From NCBI GenBank assembly GCA_050178385.1, contig JBFXGD010000107.1, positions 1 through 11,846 on the forward strand: a stretch of 11,846 bases of DNA, given 5' to 3'. The translations under genes were made by a program, and so were the position numbers. This document shows, one piece after another, positions 6,440 to 11,846 of this stretch; within the stretch, counting starts at the first letter, position 1; the number at the start of each line of letters is the position of its first letter. Origin of the DNA: Calditrichaceae bacterium. GTDB taxonomy: Bacteria > Calditrichota > Calditrichia > Calditrichales > JBFXGD01. Under the pieces are notes generated by a model that was given only the letters and a program-made list of their open reading frames with translations, ran no database searches and was not told the DNA's origin.

Positions 6440-7441
6440 ATGACTGATATAAACAAACGCAGTGAATTACTTTTTCTCTATGACATTGAGAATTCGAATC
6501 CCAACGGAGACCCCAACGATGAAAACAAGCCTAGAATTGATGAAGAAACAGGCCGGAACATCGTGACTGATGTAAGACTGAAACGTACAGTCCGGGATTA
6601 CCTGTTTGAAAAAGGAAAAGATATTTTTGTTCAAGAAAAAGTCTACGATGATGAAGGCCATATACAGGATGCAAAACTCAGAGCACTGGATTATCTCAGG
6701 GATCAGGAGGATTTAAGTAACAAGAAAGCCGAGGAGCAGAAACAGATCATTTCCCGGAACATTCTGGGGGAGTGCATTGATGTTCGCCTTTTTGGTGCAA
6801 CGATTCCGCTGGACCTAAAGGTTAAGGATGGGAACAAAACAAAAAGCGTTTCCAGTTCATTGACCTATACGGGGCCGGTCCAGTTTAAAATGGGAAAATC
6901 GGTGCATGGGGTTAAAATCATGCATGTGAAAGGAACCGGTGCCTTTGCATCGAAAGAGGGGGCAACAAAGAAAACATTCAGGGAAGAGTACGTCCTTCCA
7001 TATTCGCTAATCGGGTTTTACGGAATTGTGAATGAAAATGCTGCGAAACACACCAAGCTTACCGAGGAGGATATGGCTGATCTTAAAAAGGCCATGTGGA
7101 ACGGCACCAAAGGTCTGATTTCAAGATCTAAGTTCGGTCAGATGCCAAGGCTGCTTTTGTGCATCACTTATAACGAACCTAATTTTTTTATCGGGGAACT
7201 GGATAACCGTATCCGCCTCAAAGCAGATTGCATTGATTCCAAAATCAGGAAACCGGAAGATTACGCTGTAGACCTTACTGAGCTTGTGGAAACCGTCAAA
7301 TTACATAAAGATAAAATCAAAAGTGTGGGATATGTGAGTGACAGAAAAATGAGTTACCTGATTAACGGGAAACCCATTACCCTTGATTGTAAGGAATTGA
7401 AACAACTTAATTTTATAGACGAATCTGCTGAGGTCCTGTGA
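6440..7441 (+). CDS. cas7: Type I-B backbone subunit Cas7 (Csh2/Cas7b)
   Basis: NPNGDPNDENKPRID, VTDVRLKRTVRDY, IDVRLFGAT, TGPVQF and SRSKFGQMPRLLL. SD TAAGGAGG. Confidence 0.95.
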   Translation: MTDINKRSELLFLYDIENSNPNGDPNDENKPRIDEETGRNIVTDVRLKRTVRDYLFEKGKDIFVQEKVYDDEGHIQDAKLRALDYLRDQEDLSNKKAEEQKQIISRNILGECIDVRLFGATIPLDLKVKDGNKTKSVSSSLTYTGPVQFKMGKSVHGVKIMHVKGTGAFASKEGATKKTFREEYVLPYSLIGFYGIVNENAAKHTKLTEEDMADLKKAMWNGTKGLISRSKFGQMPRLLLCITYNEPNFFIGELDNRIRLKADCIDSKIRKPEDYAVDLTELVETVKLHKDKIKSVGYVSDRKMSYLINGKPITLDCKELKQLNFIDESAEVL

Positions 7442-8148
7442 TGGGCAAAGCGCTTTCTTTTATACTGAGGGGGGATTACGGTCATTTCAAGAAATATTAC
7501 ACCACCACCTCCCCCCTGACATTCGAGTTTCCTCCGCCACCTACGATAATTGGTATCGTATCCGCCATTATCGGTCTTGACAAAGAAACATATCTCCATC
7601 ATTTCCCGGACAATTCCTGGAAAATTGCCGTGTGTATTACCAGGACCGTTAAAAAGGTCAGGTGGACAGTGAATATGGTTGATACGAAACAGCATTTCTG
7701 GAGGATCAAGAACCGGACCCAGATCCGGACCGAATACCTTAAGGACCCCGAGTTCAGAATTTACTTTTATCACTCGGATAAGGATTTGTATGAGCTGTTG
7801 AAAGAAAAGCTTTCCAGCCATCAATCCGTGTATACAGTATCCCTTGGCTTAAGCGAACTTATCGGAGATTTCTCCTTTGAAGGTGAATGGCCTCTTACGG
7901 AGTGTGACGATACCGGATTTCAGGAAATCCGTTCGGTGGTTCCCGTGTCCTGTTTGCAGGATGACTCCTCCGTGGCTTTTGACAGTGGCCTGGAGTTGTT
8001 CAAAGTCAATTATCCGGTGTCAATGGCCCCGGATCGCACGGTGACAAGACGGGACGATGTCTTATTTGAGCGTTGTGCCAGGAGCATCTCCTGCAAAGTT
8101 CGCCAATCATTTGATACAGGTAAAGGTGACCGTATTGTGTTCTTCTGA
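7441..8148 (+). CDS. cas5: Type I-B Cas5 (Cas5h/Cas5b)
   Basis: GDYGHFKKYYTTTSPLTFEFPPPPTIIGIVSAIIGL and EYLKDPEFRIY...VYTVSLGLSE. Start is ATG 7441 or GTG 7438, overlapping the cas7 stop. Confidence 0.93.
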   Translation: MGKALSFILRGDYGHFKKYYTTTSPLTFEFPPPPTIIGIVSAIIGLDKETYLHHFPDNSWKIAVCITRTVKKVRWTVNMVDTKQHFWRIKNRTQIRTEYLKDPEFRIYFYHSDKDLYELLKEKLSSHQSVYTVSLGLSELIGDFSFEGEWPLTECDDTGFQEIRSVVPVSCLQDDSSVAFDSGLELFKVNYPVSMAPDRTVTRRDDVLFERCARSISCKVRQSFDTGKGDRIVFF

Positions 8149-10531
8149 GCTGCTTTCCCACCCTGAAAAACGGCTTATTGATCATATGGGACGGGTAGCC
8201 GAGGCCTGTGTCTCAAAATTTAATGAAGATCAGAGCAACTTTGGACAATATTTCAGCCTTGACCATTGGAAGTGTCTGATATGGCTTATGGGCTTTTTTC
8301 ATGACATCGGCAAGGCCACGTCTTTTTTTCAGGAATACCTGGTAGAAAAAAACGAAGATAAAAAACAGGTCATGAAAAATGATCCCATGACCAGGCATGG
8401 CCTTCTATCCGCTGTGATCGCACATTTCTGTGTATCCCTGTATTGTGAAGCGTATCCGGAAAAAAACGATGTGTGGCAAGTTATGCCATTGTTTATTTTT
8501 CTTTGCATCAAAAGGCACCATGGGAATATGGGAAACGCCATCCGGTTTAAGGGCTCGGACAATGAATTGGACAGTACTGAGCCAACGCATTTGGATGCCC
8601 AGATTCAAGCATGTTCAAAGGCGGAAATAGATGATTTCCTGAAACATATGGAGCAAAAAACCGGACTTGAGCTTTCAGCAGAAGAGTTTCCACATTCCTG
8701 GCAAAATTATTATACAAAAAATATCGCCAGAGCTGAAAACAGGAAGCTCTTTAGAATCCCCCAAAACACCGAACACTATTTCATTTTTCAGTACCTGTTT
8801 TCTCTGTTGCTGCATTCGGATAAAGAGGAGGCTATTTTCAGCGGTTCCCTGAGTATCAAACGCAGTCCTATCCCGGACCATATTGTCCGGGATTACATAA
8901 CACGGCAGTTCGGGAAACCTGAAAACAGGATGGATCAAATACGATCGAATATATTTGATGATGCGGAACGATCCATTATGGATGCGGATATCCGGTCAAA
9001 CCATATTTTTTCGTTAAATGTCCCCACAGGTACAGGGAAGACGTTCACCTGCCTGTCGGTGGCACTTAAACTGAGAAAACGGCTGGAAAAGCCGGGGCCA
9101 ATACCTCGAATTATTTACGCCCTTCCATTTACCAGCATTATTGATCAGAATTATGAAGTCTTCAAAAAGGTGCTTTCCGTTCCCGATTCATCAATCCTAT
9201 TGAAACACCACCATCTGGCAGATATGTGTTACTCAGCCGGGCTTGACGAATTTGAAACCGGTGAATCCAAATTTTTGATTGAAAGTTGGACGTCTGAAAT
9301 CATCGTGACTACCATGTTTCAGGTTTTTCATACCTTTTTTACGAATAGAAACAGGATGATTCAGAAATTCAGGATGTTTGCCAATGCCATCGTACTTCTT
9401 GATGAGGTTCAATCTCTGCCGTACAAGTACTGGGTGATCGTCAGAAAAAGCATGAAACTCATGGCCAGCCTTTTACACACCCGATTCATTCTGATTACGG
9501 CCACTCAGCCCAAACTATTTGAAGACAATGAAATCATCGAACTGGTCCCGGATAAGCAAAAGTATTTTTCCCAACTGGACAGGGTGACCCTGACCTTCCA
9601 TGAAACGCCCCTCACGTTATCTGACTATGCTGAGCTTTGCAAAGATGGAGTGCGGACGAGCGACGAATCATTTCTATTTGTTATGAATACGGTCAATTCT
9701 GCGATAATTCTGTATCAAGCTCTGGCTAATGTCGATCCAGATGCGGATTGTTTTTTTCTGTCCACCAATATTATCCCGACTCACCGCCGGAAACGTATCC
9801 GGGATATCAAAGAAAGTTCCCGGAAAAAAATTATAGTTTCAACGCAGATGATTGAAGCCGGTGTAGATATTGACGTGGAAAATGTCTGGCGGGATTCGGG
9901 GCCGTTAGAATCCATCAATCAAGTGTGCGGCAGATGTAACCGAAATTTTAAAGAAGGCCGTAAAGGCCGTGTCCGTCTTTTTCAGATCCTGGATGAGAAT
10001 AATAGAAATACGCCATTTGAAAAATATGTTTATGGAGAAAATGCCCTGTCCATGCTGGAAACTAAAACCATTATCTCGGAAAAGCCTGAAATCTCCGAAA
10101 CGGATTTTCTCCAAAACATGGATCGATATTACGCGGAAATTCAATCCAAACAAAACAATGAAGGTTCAAATGAGCTCCTTGAATATATGGACAACCTTCA
10201 GTTTCAGAATGTTTATAAAAATTTTCACCTCATTGACCCGGTTAATTATGATTTGAAAGACGTGTTTATTGAATGGGATGAAACAGCCCAATCAGTCTGG
10301 AAGAAATACCTGGAGATCAAATCCTTTTGTAATCCGATAAAAAGAAAAGAGGCTTTTCTGAAGATTCGAAAAACACTTTATGATTATGTCCTGTCAGTTC
10401 CGTCGAAATATGTGCCTGATCAAGAGTTTGAAGGGACATTTTTAGTATATACCTGGCGCGACTCGCTTTCAGCATGTTATGATGAGGCTACCGGCTGGAA
10501 AAGAGATACGGGCGGGACTTTGGCTTTTTAG
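8135..10531 (+). CDS. cas3: Cas3 HD nuclease-helicase
   Basis: SHPEKRLIDH, HDIGK and RHHG (HD domain); PTGTGKT (Walker A), LLDEVQ (Walker B), ITATQP, STQMIEAGVDID and QVCGRCNR. Start placed at TTG 8135 behind AAGGTG (8123-8128) rather than ATG 8057, which would overlap cas5 by 92 nt. Confidence 0.95.
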   Translation: MCSSELLSHPEKRLIDHMGRVAEACVSKFNEDQSNFGQYFSLDHWKCLIWLMGFFHDIGKATSFFQEYLVEKNEDKKQVMKNDPMTRHGLLSAVIAHFCVSLYCEAYPEKNDVWQVMPLFIFLCIKRHHGNMGNAIRFKGSDNELDSTEPTHLDAQIQACSKAEIDDFLKHMEQKTGLELSAEEFPHSWQNYYTKNIARAENRKLFRIPQNTEHYFIFQYLFSLLLHSDKEEAIFSGSLSIKRSPIPDHIVRDYITRQFGKPENRMDQIRSNIFDDAERSIMDADIRSNHIFSLNVPTGTGKTFTCLSVALKLRKRLEKPGPIPRIIYALPFTSIIDQNYEVFKKVLSVPDSSILLKHHHLADMCYSAGLDEFETGESKFLIESWTSEIIVTTMFQVFHTFFTNRNRMIQKFRMFANAIVLLDEVQSLPYKYWVIVRKSMKLMASLLHTRFILITATQPKLFEDNEIIELVPDKQKYFSQLDRVTLTFHETPLTLSDYAELCKDGVRTSDESFLFVMNTVNSAIILYQALANVDPDADCFFLSTNIIPTHRRKRIRDIKESSRKKIIVSTQMIEAGVDIDVENVWRDSGPLESINQVCGRCNRNFKEGRKGRVRLFQILDENNRNTPFEKYVYGENALSMLETKTIISEKPEISETDFLQNMDRYYAEIQSKQNNEGSNELLEYMDNLQFQNVYKNFHLIDPVNYDLKDVFIEWDETAQSVWKKYLEIKSFCNPIKRKEAFLKIRKTLYDYVLSVPSKYVPDQEFEGTFLVYTWRDSLSACYDEATGWKRDTGGTLAF

Positions 10532-10552
10532 GGAGAGAAGGTCACAGAACAT

Positions 10553-11143
10553 ATGAATAACAGCTTTTCTTTAACGGCAACCCATCTTCTGGAATATCTG
10601 TACTGCCCTCGTTACACCTACTTTGAGCATGTACTTGCTATCCCAGAGAACCAAGGAAATCGTTTCAAAGTCCAAAAAGGCCGCACCGTTCACGAAAAAA
10701 TAAGGTCCATGAACCCTGACTATTTGCGAAAGAAAATAGGCGTGGTCGATAAAAAAGCAGATATGTACCTTTCCAACCAGGGAATGCGTGGGGTTGTTGA
10801 CGAGATCCTTTTTCTTGATGACGGCACTGCGGCGCCATTGGATTACAAATATGCCGAATACAAGGACCGGGTGTTTAAAACCTATAAGCTCCAACTTGCG
10901 TTTTATGGACGATTGATTGAAAAAAATTATGATGTCCCGGTAAACAGAGGATTTATCATCTATACCCGGAGTAAAAATAAGTTGATAGATGTTCCCCTGA
11001 CCGGTAAAAATTATGATGAACTAGAAATGACGATGCACGGAATTGCCGATGTGATTGACCGTTGCCGTTTTCCGCAACCCACCACGGTAAAAAATAGGTG
11101 TTCGGATTGTTGTTACAGGAATTTATGCAGTGGTGGCCAATAA
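10553..11143 (+). CDS. cas4: Cas4 RecB-like nuclease
   Basis: EYLYCPR, GRTVH, GVVD, LDYK, QLAFY and C-terminal CSDCCYRNLC (Fe-S cysteines). 196 aa. Confidence 0.93.
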   Translation: MNNSFSLTATHLLEYLYCPRYTYFEHVLAIPENQGNRFKVQKGRTVHEKIRSMNPDYLRKKIGVVDKKADMYLSNQGMRGVVDEILFLDDGTAAPLDYKYAEYKDRVFKTYKLQLAFYGRLIEKNYDVPVNRGFIIYTRSKNKLIDVPLTGKNYDELEMTMHGIADVIDRCRFPQPTTVKNRCSDCCYRNLCSGGQ

Positions 11144-11398
11144 AAGAATTGATCGTTGACTATGGGAGTGATAAAAATCATATAATCCATTAAATGGTGG
11201 TTTAAAAAAAATGATTGATCCAAAATTATTGGGGTTTTCGTTAAAATATAAATATGAACTATAAAAACAATCAGTTTTAGACCTCTGGTAACTCCCAATA
11301 AGGTGGTTTTATAACATGTGCCTTCAAAACGATCAAATTTCGCTCTTTGAAAATTTATGTAAACCGATTGATTTTAATGAAGATTTTAAAAAAATGGG
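11144..11398 (+). promoter_or_regulatory. AT-rich CRISPR leader
   Basis: 255-bp non-coding AT-rich stretch between cas4 and the first perfect repeat. TTGACT (11156-11161) and TATAAT (11181-11186) are separated by 19 bp. Confidence 0.8.
11361..11373 (-). promoter_or_regulatory. IHF-like binding site in the leader
   Basis: The minus strand reads AATCAATCGGTTT, one mismatch to WATCAANNNNTTR, ending 25 bp before repeat 1. Confidence 0.45.
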
Positions 11399-11846
11399 CT
11401 TCCGGAACCACTTCCAGAACAACAAGGATTGAAACATCGTTACAATAGTTGCAACTGTATTTCATTTTTCAACTTCCGGAACCACTTCCAGAACAACAAG
11501 GATTGAAACCAAACTCAAGCTCCCGTAGTTCGTCCTCGGACATGCTTCCGGAACCACTTCCAGAACAACAAGGATTGAAACAACCAGATTGAAGATAAGG
11601 GAGATTTATAGCATGACTTCCGGAACCACTTCCAGAACAACAAGGATTGAAACCAAACGTCCTGTCGTTTATAACAGTTCCATCCATTCTTCCGGAACCA
11701 CTTCCAGAACAACAAGGATTGAAACTTGGAGAGTAACAAGTCCGTAAAGCGCCAATTTTTCTTCCGGAACCACATCCAGAACAACAATGATTGAAACTTA
11801 ACACCAAGGAAAAATAAGCCAGCAATAAAAAACTTACGGAACCACT
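11399..11846 (+). CRISPR. CRISPR array, 37-bp repeat CTTCCGGAACCACTTCCAGAACAACAAGGATTGAAAC, runs off the window end
   Basis: Repeats start at 11399, 11473, 11545, 11617 and 11689 (identical), 11761 (T14A, G28T) and 11833 (partial, C4A). Spacers are 37, 35, 35, 35, 35 and 35 bp. The 3' ATTGAAAC handle and the leader position give + orientation. Confidence 0.99.

Noticed and set aside
8057..8134. Longer cas3 N-terminus from ATG 8057
   Set aside because: It overlaps cas5 extensively. TTG 8135 has an SD and directly precedes the SHP..L..H motif.
1762..11298. Many short antisense or alternate-frame ORFs (for example 2573-2974, 3493-3822, 4446-4808, 7354-7824, 10571-10894, 11113-11298)
   Set aside because: They shadow well-supported genes or the leader and show no recognisable motifs.
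11469..11825. Minus-strand ORFs of 118 aa and 90 aa with repeated FNPCCSGSGSG or FQSLLFWKWFRK
   Set aside because: Artefacts of translating the CRISPR repeats: the 72-bp period keeps the frame.

Overview
A complete type I-B CRISPR-Cas locus on the + strand with a Cas6b endonuclease, a TM1802-family Cas8b and a 37-bp repeat ending ATTGAAAC. Gene order is xre-regulator, cas1, cas2, cas6, cas8b (with a probable internal cas11), cas7, cas5, cas3, cas4, leader, array. The array has 6 full repeats, 6 spacers and a partial seventh repeat cut by the window edge. Upstream lie a frameshifted, truncated IS701-like DDE transposase with one terminal IR, and a lone integron attC-like site. The most unusual part is a possible regulatory layer at the head of the operon. 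An XRE-HTH + ImmA/IrrE-like protein has its HExxH motif degenerated to LELGK. It is followed in frame, across a single TAA, by cas1, whose apparent start is a non-canonical ATT behind a perfect Shine-Dalgarno held in a hairpin. Weaker signals: a TGAT-N5-TCATATA motif shared by the operon promoter and the CRISPR leader, a repeat-like fragment on the opposite strand upstream, and paired IHF-like sites in the leader. All family calls come from motif recognition; no database search was run.
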